Shown here in pieces: positions 51,330-64,000 of a stretch of DNA of 64,000 nucleotides; position 1 is the first letter of the stretch; each line of letters begins with the position of its first letter. Location of the stretch: the NCBI RefSeq assembly GCF_009914755.1, contig NC_060929.1, one strand, 5' to 3'. Origin of the DNA: the human T2T-CHM13v2.0 reference genome, Homo sapiens. Below the pieces are notes generated by a model. That model saw only the letters and a list, made by a program, of their open reading frames with translations, searched no databases and was not told where the DNA came from. The translations under genes and the position numbers were made by a program.

Positions 51330-51639
51330 CTATTGTTTAGGTCAGGCAACCATCATTGAATGGTTATAGTTGGTTCTTGCCAGCTATTTGCCTACTTCGC
51401 CACTAGGGATCCCGGAAACTATTTTGACAATATGATGGAGTCTTATATTCCACCTTGAAGGGTCTTATCCACATGACCTTTGGGAGATTAGTAGTAGGAA
51501 GTGTACTTATTTTCTCTCAATTTGTTCACTAGTGACCGGAATAAACAATCTTATTAGGTAGCACAACTAAATTCAGTGGCAAAGTAGAAATGAATAAACT
51601 TTGATTTTTACTGGCACTGACACAGTTCAGCCAGAAAGC

Positions 51640-52470
51640 TGGGGCACGCTAAATTTCTTCTTTCTAATCTCCTGAATGTAGTTAATCACCAACCCTCCTC
51701 TACTTTGCTTTCTAAGTTGTTCTTTATCCTCTTCCCTCCTCTCTGTCATCACCACCATTGCCTTATCATCTTTTCTGGAATGCCATTTTTGCCTTTTAGT
51801 TGGTGATCCTGCTTCTCTGTTCACAGCAATCCAAATCAGTTTACACATTATTGATACTACTGTTTTTCTAACATTCTTATCAGATAGCATGAATCACCTT
51901 GATTAAAAACAAACAATAATGACAACAACAACAAATCCAGGACCAAACTCCAGTGGCTTTCTATCGCTTGAATGTCAAAGTCCAGTTTTGAACAGGATTT
52001 TCAGTACATTTACATTTTGGGCCCTACCTATCTTGCTGGCTTCATCTTCTGCCATACTTCTCCATGCTTCTAGTACACTAGCCAGACTGAACTATTTGCA
52101 GTTCTCTACGCCTGCTATGGGTGCTATATGCTTTGTCCACCTTCTCCCTCATCCATTTTCTCCCTTATCCATGTTGCAAACTCATCCTTCAATTTTTTGC
52201 TCAAAAGTTACATTTTCATAAAACTTTTCTAGAAAGCTCTTACCTCCTAGATGAGCTTAAATGGTCCCTTGCTCTATGTGTTCTAAGCACATTGCACATT
52301 TCTCTGTAATATCATTTTCTCTCATTGCATTGCATGCATACCTATACTCCCTTCTACATCATAATGGGTTGAAAGATCATAGTCCCTGCTTTTTTCCTAT
52401 TTGTGTCATTAGCAGCTGACATAGTGCCTGGTATTACTGTCAACAAGTACTTGCAGAATTGATTAATACA
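51640..52470 (+). mobile_element. L2 LINE 3' portion
   Basis: aactccagtggcttt..aaagtcca..cactagccagactgaacta..catagtgcctgg. Confidence 0.7.
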
Positions 52471-52525
52471 TAGACCTACTGGTTTGTTTTCCAGTTATAA
52501 CTGGTAAATGGGCATTTTTCTAATA

Positions 52526-52744
52526 TAGTCGTTTTCAGATGAGTTCTTAAAGGACCTGTGAAAGTTGTTTGGGGTCTTCTTGGTTGCAGGAAATGAGATA
52601 GGGAAGCTCAAAAAGAGAGGTTCTGGGTTTCCAACCCTGCGTTGGTTAGAGTGGTTCTTCTGTTATTTGTCTCCTATCTTAGGGGTTAACATAAGACTTT
52701 ATGTCAAGAAGTTTCTACTTCCCAAAGAAGTTTGAAAACCACTG
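52526..52744. mobile_element. MER112-like hAT-Charlie element
   Basis: Termini tagtcgttttca and agtttgaaaaccactg; internal aggggtt..cataaga. Confidence 0.6.
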
Positions 52745-52979
52745 TAAATGATGTGGCCCTTGTCAGCTCTGAGATCGTCTCTCTCCTCACTGCAAAACAA
52801 GAAAAATAGCCATTTCTAGCCAAATATTAAGATGCTATTTAGTTGTCAGAAATTTGGTACTGGGAGGATTTATGTAGCTTTCAAGTCAAATCATTAAAAA
52901 GGACTTTGAGAGTTCTCCATTAAATTATCTTCTTTTTGAGATGCTTCAGTGAGAACAGTTAAAAGTTGAAAGTTGAAGT

Positions 52980-53150
52980 TAGAAGCTTTGGACTTGTGAC
53001 TCTTCTCCTTCACCACCTAGCTCTGCTATTTTCAGTGTACCATTTACAATCTCTGAATCTCTGCTTCACCATCTGTTAAAAATTGAAAAGGAGGAATATT
53101 TCTGTTTACCTAGTAGAGATAACATCTATAAAGATAGCTTCTAAACTATA
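52980..53150 (+). mobile_element. MIR SINE
   Basis: ctctgaatctctgcttcaccatctgttaaaa. Confidence 0.6.
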
Positions 53151-53169
53151 TGGCACTATGATCATACAT

Positions 53170-53570
53170 GTTCACAAAAATCCGTACTGTTTCTTCTTCA
53201 TGTAGCTGGACTACATTTCTTGCCTCTGTTTCTATGATGTAGAACCATCTGAAAAATATTCACTAGTAAATTAGGAGTAGAACTGCTGTGTGTTATTTCT
53301 GAGCCAAGGATTTTAGAAAAGAAATATGCTCCTTCCATTCTTTTCCCCTAATTTTTGCATCTAGATGTAGGTAATTATCAGATGTCAATGAGTGGTGAAG
53401 CAATAAGATTAAAGAATGCTAGGCGCTTGAATTACTGTGTGGAGGAGAGCTGCCTGTCACCAAGAGTATTCTCTTTGAAATATTATGTAAGCGAAAGATA
53501 AACTTCATTTATGTTTGAGCAGTTATATAGTCTTGAATCTATTTGCTACTGTAGCCTGTCCTGTCCAAAT
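53170..53570 (+). mobile_element. Old MLT1 (H/J-type) LTR
   Basis: gctggactacatttc..tgaattactgtgtggaggagagctgcc..gataaacttcatttatgtttgagc. Confidence 0.65.
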
Positions 53571-53789
53571 GAATTTGGGTGCTTTACAACCATAAGATGC
53601 TGTTGTTTGTATGATCATGTCACATTATCGTCAATCATCACTACCCCATGTGATGTACTTGGTGAAGGAGGCTGTCAATAGAAGAGGAGCCAGGTTTGAG
53701 TTCTCTACTACAGACTCATTAACATGTTTCTGTCACAAGTCTGTGACAATGTTGATTTATTTAATTAAATTTAAAAACCTATTGTGAGT

Positions 53790-54600
53790 GTCCAGGGTCA
53801 CTGCTAACTGAAACTTCATTTTTTGTAAGAGTTAGAAAAAGGTGCTTCTCCTAGAGGAGGCAGGGCTTTCCTGTTGAAGGGAGTGAAAGAATGAGGCAAT
53901 CCTCCTTGGCAGATTCAGGGTAGATTGATTAGAAAAAATCTTCCCCTGTGTGGTGATACAACCAACCTTACATGGCTTGACAGACAGAGGATGGGCTATG
54001 AATGCTTTCATATTCAGAAAAGAAGGAGCATAGGAACACATATTCAGAAAAAAAAGAGCATAAGAACATTCCATTTAGATGGCAGAATGTGGGCCAAAAA
54101 AATATTAAGGTGCCAAAATGCACAGCTAATTATCTGGTTGACCTAGGGCATGAGGATGGAGAGAGATGAGAAAAAAAGATAGATTGAAACCTTATCATGA
54201 AATTATTGAATGTCATCATGAGTAGTTTAGATATTATTTTGGGCAAGGAGTATCCATGGTAGGATTCTAACAGGGATGTTCTATAAACTGTATGAAAGGG
54301 GTTTTGATGGGAGTAGCCTGGACACACAAAGGGTTATTGGAATTATTTGGGCAAGGACTAAAGAGAATCTAAGTTAAGACAATTACAGTATGAAGAGAGA
54401 GAAGATGGATTTTGGAACAAGACTTGAATACTTTCAGATGTGAGAGAGAAGAGAATGTGGAAATAAAAATTAAGACTAAGATGTAGGGTCTGGGTACATA
54501 AAAGAAAGTGATATTCTCAATAAAGATTGGGATGCCATGAAAAGGCACACATTTTTATAGAAGATGAGTTCAGTTTTTAACTACTTGAGTTTGATTGGAC
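53790..54600 (-). mobile_element. L2 fragment with a 30-bp tandem duplication
   Basis: Antisense L2 motifs (gaagatgagttcagttttta..ttgagtttga). Duplication at 54009-54038 and 54039-54068. Confidence 0.6.
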
Positions 54601-54689
54601 CTGTATAGACACAAGTTATACATCCTGTGTCCACTTTTAGGTTGTAAATTTCAAACACTTAAAAGGTTCTAATAATTAAATATATTAGC

Positions 54690-54845
54690 CTAATAAATAT
54701 TCAAGCAACCATAAGATAGTAAGATTATCCTCATTTACAGGTAGTTGACATGTTTGAAGTTACACAGTTAGAAAGTGGCAGAATGAAGATTTTAACTCAG
54801 GAATTAGACTCAAAAATTCACGTTTTGAACTTGCATGGTATGAGG
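54690..54845 (-). mobile_element. MIR SINE
   Basis: attatcctcatttacagg..aagttacacagttagaaagtggcaga..gactcaaaa. Confidence 0.65.
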
Positions 54846-55467
54846 CTTCTTGTAAACTCACTTAGGGAAAGAAAACTTCAACAACCAACAAAGAAAGTAG
54901 AGTGTAGATTGTGGACATTTAGGATATTTTAAGTAATTTTTACAAATCCAAATTCTTCTAGTGATTTTTTTTCTCCTTAGTTGAGCATTCTGCATCTTTG
55001 GAAGCTTCTATATCAATAGGTACTATCTAATAGTAATGCTTTTTCAGACAGAAATATGTTTCAGGAAAAATTACACAAAATTATATGGGAATGAGAAAAA
55101 AAGTGGGATCTGTTATTAGGTTCTGTCATAGACAGAGGAGATTCTCAATCATAATCATATGTTAGTGCCCTGTGAAGAAAGCTAAAATAGTTTGTCAGCC
55201 TGGGCCCTCACACCCAGCCTTGTTCTGTATGGTTGGTCTTTAGCCAGAGCAAATCCTCCCAAATGACAGCTGTCAACTGTCACAGGTTACAGATTAAAGT
55301 GATAAACTACTCAGAATAGTGGATACAAATACTACAAACTCAGAGACACTAAGCAGAACCCTTTATAACTAGATTCTGAGCACTAAGAGTAGATTTCCAC
55401 TATTCATACCCATTTCTTGGGACAATTTTGACTTCACAGTAGCATGAACAACTGGAAATAGTTTCTT

Positions 55468-55720
55468 TTATATATATATATTTTTTATTATACTTTAAGT
55501 TCTAGGGTACATATGCACAACATGCAGGTTTGTTACATATGTATACATGTGCCATGTAGGTGTGCTGCACCCATTAACTCATCATTTGCATTAGGTATAT
55601 CTCCTAATGCTATCCCTCCCCCTTCCCCCAACCCCACAACAGGCCCCGGTGTGTGATGTTCCCCTTCCTATGTCCAAGTGTTCTCCTTGTTCAATTCCCA
55701 CCTATGAGTGAGAACATACA
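55468..55720 (-). mobile_element. L1PA (approx. PA4/PA5) 3' end, 5'-truncated
   Basis: ttattatactttaagttctagggtacat..cacaacaggccccggtgtgtgatgttcccc..cccacctatgagtgagaac. Perfect 15-bp TSD tggaaatagtttctt at 55453-55467 and 55721-55735, with a TT/AAGAA endonuclease site. Confidence 0.97.
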
Positions 55721-55811
55721 TGGAAATAGTTTCTTAATGCTACTTTTCAGTTCATCTGGTCCTTTTAATTGAAGTCTCTGCCCTTCTATACCAAATTCAG
55801 AGATAAGATGT

Positions 55812-56175
55812 TGCTATGGTCTGAATGTCTGTGTTCTTCTAAGATTCATTTGTTGAAATCTAACCCTGAATGTGTTGGTATTAAGAGGTGGGGCCTTTGG
55901 GAGGTGATTAGGTCATGAAGGCAGAGAACCCTTGTGAATGGGACTAGTGCCCTTATAAAACAGGCCTGAGAAAGTTTGTTTGCCCCTTTGCTCTTTTGCC
56001 ATATAAATATGCATAGAAGGTGCCATATATGAGAAATAGGCACTCACCAGACACTGAATCTGACTATGATTTGATCTTGGACATTCCAGCCTCCAGAACT
56101 GTAAGCAATAAACTTTTGTTTATAAATTACTCATGTGAAGGTATTTTGTTATAACAGCCTAAATAGACTTAGAGA
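55812..56175 (+). mobile_element. MLT1A/MSTD-type MaLR solo LTR
   Basis: tgctatggtctgaatgt..gaggtggggcctttgggaggtgattagg..cagcctccagaactgtaagcaataaa. Near-TSD gatgt/gttgt. Confidence 0.92.
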
Positions 56176-56320
56176 GTTGTGTATGATAATAATCCAATTC
56201 TGTTATGTTTTCTTCATATCGTAAAACATTTTCAATGAGAAGTGATTGGTAAATTAACAAAAGTAAACTGATGTCTCTATAAGGTTTGGTATGTGACAGG
56301 ATTCAGTATGCAGGATGAGT

Positions 56321-56421
56321 TGGGTGGTCACATGCCCCAATTTTCCCTGGACAATCCTGATTTACCTCTGATATTCCAGTGTTATTATCAATAAGTTCTC
56401 CTTTCACACTCTCAAAAGTGT
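56321..56421. mobile_element. MER94-like hAT-Blackjack fragment
   Basis: ggacaatcctgattta..ttattatcaata..cctttcacactctcaaaagtgt. Confidence 0.6.
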
Positions 56422-56751
56422 GAGAGATCACTACTGAGGAAAGCATCAAGAATCTTGGGCTATAGATCTAGAGCCTTGATTTTATATTTGTTTAGGTAGA
56501 TAAGTGTGGCTGGTTATTTGAAGGCAGTCTCACAGCTTCCTGTATACATAAACAGAGTGTAACAGGAGCTAAGGTACTAATTACAATACTCTACAGAACT
56601 CTTCTCTACCCATTTTAATCATCACTTTATCTATAATTTGATTATTGAATGATGAATACCTGGATTATTTACCTAAAACAAGTAGAAATATAAACCTGAA
56701 CAAATGTCATGTAACAATAAGCTATGATATGACCTAGTGAAATGAAACAGA

Positions 56752-57239
56752 AGCTGGAAATTATCTATCCCAACATCTAATCTCCTCTTTCTTCTTCGTA
56801 TAAGAACTCTGAATTTATTTTGGGGTGGCAATGAGTCAAGCTAACGACTACATTTCCCAGAGTAGCAAGATTTGCAGCAAGACGTGCAATGTGACTAAGT
56901 TCTGGTCAAAGTAATGTATTCAGGAATGTGTGTTACTTGCTGGAAGTCTTTTTAAGAAAGGAGGGAGCAGAACTTTCTTCTTCTTGCTATTTGGAATGCA
57001 GTGGAATGCCTAGAACTGAAGAAGCCATCTTCAACCATAAGTCAACACACCAAGTCAACATGTGTGTTGCAAGAAAAAAAGTATGCTGGTTTTCTAATGA
57101 TCCTGGAGCCATGAAATTAGTTCTAGACTGCCTACTTCTGGATATCTTCCCTGTGAGAGGAAATAAAACTCTTTTCTTGTTTATAACACTGCTACTCTGC
57201 TGTTTGGTCACTTGCAAACAAACAATTCTAATTGACTCA
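56752..57239 (+). mobile_element. MLT1J-type MaLR LTR
   Basis: gactacatttcccag..tgtgactaagttctgg..gccatctt..gactgcctacttctgga..gtgagaggaaataaa. Confidence 0.8.
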
Positions 57240-58182
57240 GGAAGAAAACATGAAATTTCATATATAAACTTCAGAGTGGTTAGCAGGGAGCATTGAGGAA
57301 AGTGGGAATGTGCTGGAAAGGAAGGGAAGGGTACAGAAAGGGGAGAACTTCTTTAAAGTGTTCATTGAACTTTTAAAAAGGCAACTTGCCATTTAGTAGA
57401 AATTTAACTACTGAGAAAATCAGATGTATCTTATTAGCGTTGGTGTGTTGCAGTTGTGATACTGCAAGTGTGAGCAGTAAAATGCACTGAGTATGTCAGA
57501 AGTAGCCTTAGCTTTCCTAGCTGGATTAAAACAATAAAGTATCCAAATGCCTGTACTTCAGCTTGGAGTCTTGGAATGTCTGGACAACTTTCTTTAAAGG
57601 AAGGCTTATTATAAAGTAGTGTAGTATCAATTGACTACAAAACGCTTTCACAACTTCCCAGAAGAGCTTCAGCTCAATTCAGCACAATATGACTGGGTAT
57701 GACTACCCATTACAATATGCTAGCACGTGAATTCATTATGTGCAATATCTAAGCCCATCAATGTTGATCTAAGCATTTTGATAGCCAGAGCTGATAGATC
57801 CATCTTAATACAAACTCTAAAGTTTGCGCTTTCAGGAATACATCATGAACACGTTGCTTTACCTCTCTGTGGAATCAGAGGGCTTACACTTGGGTATCTA
57901 AGGGCTTGCTAGGAGTGGGAGCAGATGGTAGTTTTTATATGTTCTTTTTATAAATTCATTTTGAGCAGGTTTTTTTTTTTTGCATGAATATTTCATTTAT
58001 GACAGGGTGCTGCTTAGTTATATAAAAAGTAAATACATAACGAGCGAGGTGTAAGTATAGCAGCAATGTAGTGTTGAGGCTAATGGGTGGAGAGGGTTTT
58101 AAAAATACAAAGAATTCTCATTTTCAAAAAGTACTCTGCAAACTTTAAGAGATAAGTACGTGATTCTTTCCTGTTTCTTTAT

Positions 58183-58207
58183 CCCCATCCCCCACCCCCC
58201 TCCTCCC
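58183..58207 (-). other. Canonical G-quadruplex motif
   Basis: The plus strand has C4-at-C5-a-C6-tcct-C3, giving four G-runs of 3 or more with 1-4 nt loops on the minus strand. Confidence 0.6.
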
Positions 58208-60471
58208 GCACATTCTGTTGTGTGCTTGCCCAGGAAAAGAGGAAGGTTTTTTTCAAGAAGTCAAGCATTGGATTTTTGATCTTTATTAGGAACAATATTT
58301 CAATGAGTTTGAGAAAGGACAGAGCAGCTCACTTAAAGTGAAAATAGCAAGGGCAAGCACCACAAACAGAAGCAGCGTAAGGTTAGGAGACCCAGGGCGG
58401 CTGTATATACAATCATCAGCAGGAGGAAGGGAGGATGGCAAATAACAGCTGCCATAAGCAGAAATGATGGGCCTTGATCTTCACATGGGACAGGTGGCCA
58501 AGATATGCCATATACTTCCCATTGTGCAACATCATGTATATTGTCACAATGTTCTGGGATTCGAAAACTGTTTCCAAGCTTATTCTGCCTAGAAAAAGTA
58601 TTTAAGCCAACTTGAGAATATATCAAATCCCACTTCCCTATGAAGTTGTTTTAACCTAGGTGTGTATTATATATTGACGCAATTAATTGGAAGGTTTTTT
58701 TTCTTATTCATAGCTTCATTTTAACCTAAGTTGTATTAGTTGTGACCTAAAACTAAAAAGAAATAACTAAGTTATTAAAACTTCCGTATTTTGTCATTAT
58801 TTCAAATCTTGTATTGTGAAAGAGGAGATACTGTGGTGATTTTATGCATGGTATTCAGCAAAATACAAATAACATGAATGTCTTGATCTTAAAATGTAAT
58901 TAAAATGACATTCATTTCTGCAATGATCTAAAGCTAATGTGGGTTGTAAGAAGGTAACTTTGTGTTATTCTAAATGTTCCCTAAAGATAAGGACTTTATT
59001 TTATATGGCAGATCCTCAATATTCATGAGGGATACCACAGTCCCAAATTCATGAATGTCAGTTTAACATGTAATTGTCTCCATAAAGCTTTTATTTCCTG
59101 GATTAGAACCATCACTTTCTTGGATAGTTTTGCTTCCACTTTACTTTTATCACCAGAACTAGTAGCTGACTTCATTTGCTGGAAAAGTACTCACGAAGAA
59201 AATATTTATTTAAAAAATCATATCATGAGAATTATTACATAGTAACTTGACCACAAAGAGAATATCTAAACCACTGTGAGAAGATGTGTGGGTCAATCAC
59301 AAAGGCACACTCTAGCTAAAGGATTCCTGCTAGAAACCAGCCTCTTGCCACATGTAATTCAATTTCGTGCCTCAGCAAAATTACAAATTGCTGCATGTCA
59401 TGAACCCTTGATTATTGCTTGAGGGTAGTCAAAATAACAATGTTAAATCCTCTGTCAGTAATACATTTCTTTGTATTATCAAAAAATCACTAACTACAGT
59501 GACTTCCATGTAATAAATTATCAATGAACTTTTAGTTTGGTTGATCATCTGATTGATTAGTATGTGATTTAGTAAGAGCAGAATGGATAACTTGTTGGGT
59601 AGGACAATGGAACTCCACCTGAGTTACTCTTTGGCTCTCTCTAGTACTTCTCTGAGACGTAATTTAGTAGTTTTAGTTAAGAATAGCATTAGACCAATGG
59701 GTGCTAAGTAGTGCTACAGCTGTTGTTAGGAGGGGAAAAGGATTACATGGAAAACAAATGTGGTCTGCATAGAAGGAGTGGATAAAAGCGTTAGGATGCC
59801 TTCTGAACATTGCTAACTTTATGTTGAAAATATTTTTAGATATTTCCTGAAAGTTGGCTGTAACAAGTCATCAAATCAACAAGTCAACTTCTCCCTCAAG
59901 CCAAAAGTTTATTTATTACAAACCTCAAGAACATGTATCATGGAGATTCTTTTGGTTCAGCCAGAAATCTTAGGTCACACATAGAACAATTTGTCATTTA
60001 TGAAGAGTGTTGAAAGATGTATATACTGTATTTAATATAAAAATGATCAGCTGTACCTGGACTTCCCATCTGCCCTACAAAGAATTTTACATATTTGGAA
60101 ATATTAATTGAATGCATAATATAAACACATAATTGTTTCATATTTTCTTGTTTCCAAATGTGTATTTTGCTCAAAAATTCAGTGTGAGTACAAAATTGGC
60201 CCTTCCCACATGGAATTTTCTTCTTGGTAATCTGCAAGTTTGGTCAATTTCTGTATCAGAGAAGACATAGTTTTTCACCAAATAATATTTAGAGTTTTAT
60301 AAAAACTCAGATTTCCATAAAAATCAAACAAATGTTTTTAACGAAGAGAAATATGTTTAATTTTTTCTTTCAGTTCCACTTTTTGATTCTCACTAGATCT
60401 TATTTTATTTCATTCAGGCTTAGGGCTTGAGGGGCTATTATCTATTTTTAAGTCTGATTTAAATGTATGAG

Positions 60472-60544
60472 ATTTCTCTTTCCCTCGCTCTGCTCTGTCT
60501 TACTCTCTTTATCTCTCTCTCTCTCTGTCTCTCTTTCTCTCTCT
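60472..60544 (+). repeat. Imperfect (TC)n repeat
   Basis: tctctctctctctctgtctctctttctctctct. Confidence 0.9.
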
Positions 60545-62029
60545 GATACTATAAAGAGCAAAGGGGAAAATTTCCTGAAGAATATAGAGTGGATTAGTGG
60601 AAATGATCATTGCATTTAAATATCAATAACAGTAAATTGTTATATCTTGAGAGCTCTGTGAATTAGGGGAAAGAAAGAATTTTGGATACTGGTGAGAAAT
60701 TTTAAATGTGAGTTAGAATGGCAGCCAGGAACAAGAGATTTTATTGCAAGTTAGGTAGAGTTTATTGATTAAAGGACAAATATGGGAATGGAGGAAAAAA
60801 AAGAGAAGTCAAATCAGGGCAAGTCAGTGAAGGAACTTGAAACCGAGGGTTAAAAAATCTTAGTTTCAGTGTTCAGGACAAACCAAATATTTAACAAAAT
60901 ACTATACTCCCTGTATGTTTAAAGTGCATCATAATACAATGTGGGGGGGTTTAAGAACGTTTATGAGACAATTTCCTGGGATCAGTTTTCCTTCTGTTAT
61001 GTGGACAGTGATTTCCAGTGCTAGAATGAAACTACTGAACTCTCCTCACAAATTGCCACTCTTTCAACATCAGCATGAATAATGTGTATGAGAGATAGCA
61101 CAGGAAGAAGAATTCAGATTTATAAAAGAGGAACAGCAGATGCTGGAAACCCTAATTGTGGTTATTGGGCAATGTTGTCTCGTCCCTAGCTCAAGACTTT
61201 GATACTTACTGACTTTAACAGAGTTGTGCAATTCATGGACATGGGAATTTAACTTGGCTGAAAATGAATGTATTTTACCTGATAGTTTTCTCAAGGAGGT
61301 GATGGTTCCCAAATGTCTAAATTAATATTTTGACTGAATTCCACCACATATACCTCATCTCTATAGAGCACAGTGGAAGGCTTGTGCTTTGGAGTTGATT
61401 AACGGAGGACACAGGATTAGCACATAGTAGACTAAATTGTAAATGACTGAAAATAAGCTCATTTGTGTCTATTTATTCATCCTTATTAATAGTTTTGGGC
61501 ACTTAGAAATGCCTCAAGGAAAGGCAGAACTGCAAGTAAATAAGTTTGTGAATACTACCATTAAACTCTGGGGTATTTGAAATACACAAAAGTGGCAAAA
61601 ATTAATGGATACCCAAATCTCAAGAAATCAGATTTTCTAAAATACGTTTATAATTCCAAGTTAAATTATTGCCTCTTGAATACCAAATATTTACATGTTA
61701 GCATGTAGGTCATATAATAGCTCAATAATTATTTGTTCAAATGTTGATTTCAAAAGTTATTAAAAGAGTTTTGTTTAAGTAGTCTTCAGTGAAATCCTAA
61801 TGCACTCAAGCCACTGAATTTTAAAGATCATTACTGAGCAACAGTTTTTATTTTCTTTTAAAAAATATATTGAAATAGCTGGATAAGGACCATAAAAAGT
61901 GGTAAATCAAATACTAATTAAAAACAATTTAGAACTTCAACTTTTTAACCATGAAACCTGTAATACTTTCATATGTCTTGGAAGTTTTTAGAAAAAAGTT
62001 ATTTTCATGAAAGAAGAGGGCAGAAGAGA

Positions 62030-62220
62030 CTGTTGAGCAGGGAAAATTGTGCTGAATGAGGAATCAGAATACCCACGTTCTAGAGTCCCAATTCGGTTGT
62101 ATGTGGTTATAGAACCTGGAAATTCACCCGATTATCTGAGCCTCATTTTTCATATTCCTAAAATTAAAGGATTTGTATAAATAATGTATAAGCTATGATT
62201 CATCCCATATAGTCTGTGGT
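62030..62220 (+). mobile_element. MIR SINE
   Basis: ggaatcagaa..gttctag..tctgagcctcatttttcatatt..taaaatt. Confidence 0.6.
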
Positions 62221-63319
62221 TTTATTACTTTGGGATACAGTATAGAAGTCTGCAAGCTCTCTTCTAAAAATTTTCCTTAAGGTTCCATTTGTTTCAGTGC
62301 TAAAGTTAATGTTTTCCCAATTTATTTGAAAAAAATATATATTAAGTTTTTCCAATTCAATGTTTTCTTTGAAAATCTTTCTCAAAATATCGGTAACTAC
62401 CACTACCTATTTATATGAGAATAAAATACAAGTGTTACCTGATTTAGCATAGATCTTGGGTTTAGATATTTTTAGTTTAATACACTATGATGGCTAAGAG
62501 GTGCTCTACACCAAATCTGTCAGGTAACACTGTTCTGGTTTACTCTCTTATTCCCTGTCTGTGCCGAGCAAATATCTGAACTTCTCAGGGACTCATGTCT
62601 TCGTCATCAACTGGTTCATTCTAATAACAACCTAGCATTTCATATAACAGCACATACTCAGTGGGTTTACTAGGGAATTCAAACTCAGGACATCAAGGAA
62701 ATAGGAGAGTCCCCAAGGCACTTATAAGGTGAAGAGTTGGGGAAAGGGAACAGGTATTTATAGTACCTTTCAAAACATACAAACAAGGTTGTAGCTGATA
62801 ACTGCTAGACTTGGTAGAAAAAGTAATTTTGGATAATATTTTGTGTTCCAAGGAAATTATACAAACCAATAACTAAGTCTCTTGTGAAAAAAAAAGTGAC
62901 CAAATCTTGCAAGGCAAGTCTGTATGCTGAGGAAGGTTTCTTATCAATCGTAATTTATTTGCTATAGGAAGTAAACTTTCTTCAGCTAATCATAATTGTC
63001 CACTAACTTTCCATTGTTACTTAACTATTTCTTAGGTAAAACATTTGTAACTTGTAGAAAATAAATATTATTTCTATCATAATGAGCAAGTCCCCATACT
63101 AGTACATAACATACTTTTACAATAAATATGTGCATCACAGAAATATTCTGAGTTGAAAAGCTCTGATTGATATACCTAAGGATTTGCCTATGACTGTTTT
63201 TATGTACACACACACAAAAAAACACACACACACACTCCACATTGAAACAAGACTGTGCCAAAGTAAGAATGTTATAAGCAAAGTTTCATTTTTCCTGATC
63301 TTAAAAAACCTGAGAACCA

Positions 63320-63638
<319 letters not shown>

Positions 63639-63659
63639 AAAAAACCTGTGAACCATCTC

Positions 63660-63995
63660 AAAGATAATTTGAGGAATTGGCAGATGATGGAGTTCTAAGG
63701 ATGTAGAACAGTTTCCCCTCATGTCTTGAGGCCCAAAACCTACAATTGATACTCTGATGAAAATGTCTGTTCTGTAGACATCCTGACATCTGGAGGATGA
63801 GCAAAGGAAAGGTGTCAGGGAAAGCATGGTTGGAGACACAGGAAAAAAAAACCCTGGGCATACCATGTCATCAGTTCCAAAGGAAGAAAAATTATAAGTG
63901 GAAGTGGTAGTAAATCATGTTGCATATTGCAAAGAGAATTTGCAGGTTTCCTGAGAATTCTCAATTGATTGGTCATAGTGAGAGCCAGATTATAA
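63660..63995 (-). mobile_element. L2 fragment
   Basis: Diverged antisense L2-like purine-rich sequence (ccaaaggaagaa; gagagccagatt). Confidence 0.45.
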
Positions 63996-64000
63996 GTACC

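Overview
This is AT-rich, CpG-depleted primate (human-like) genomic DNA that looks intronic or intergenic. I found no protein-coding exon, tRNA, rRNA, CRISPR array or prokaryotic system. All listed ORFs appear to be chance frames or translations of Alu, L1 or microsatellite sequence. A large part of the window is interspersed repeat: 4 Alus, L1PA/L1PB/L1M fragments, many L2 and MIR copies, MLT1 LTRs, and hAT DNA transposons (MER63, MER30, MER45, MER112, MER94-like). Repeat-poor blocks with candidate enhancer motifs lie between them (about 18.5-22.7, 29.2-32.9, 37-42.4 and 57.3-60.4 kb). The most unusual structures are (i) a ~220 bp fold-back palindrome at 212-435 whose core arms match at 51/55 positions and which I cannot assign to a repeat I recognise, (ii) a direct/inverted/direct/direct micro-rearrangement with a perfect 17-bp hairpin at 30724-30803, and (iii) a (GC)6(AC)16 Z-DNA tract at 37535-37583. 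Repeat family names come from remembered consensus sequences rather than a database search. Boundaries of old repeats are approximate. I could not identify the locus or any host gene.
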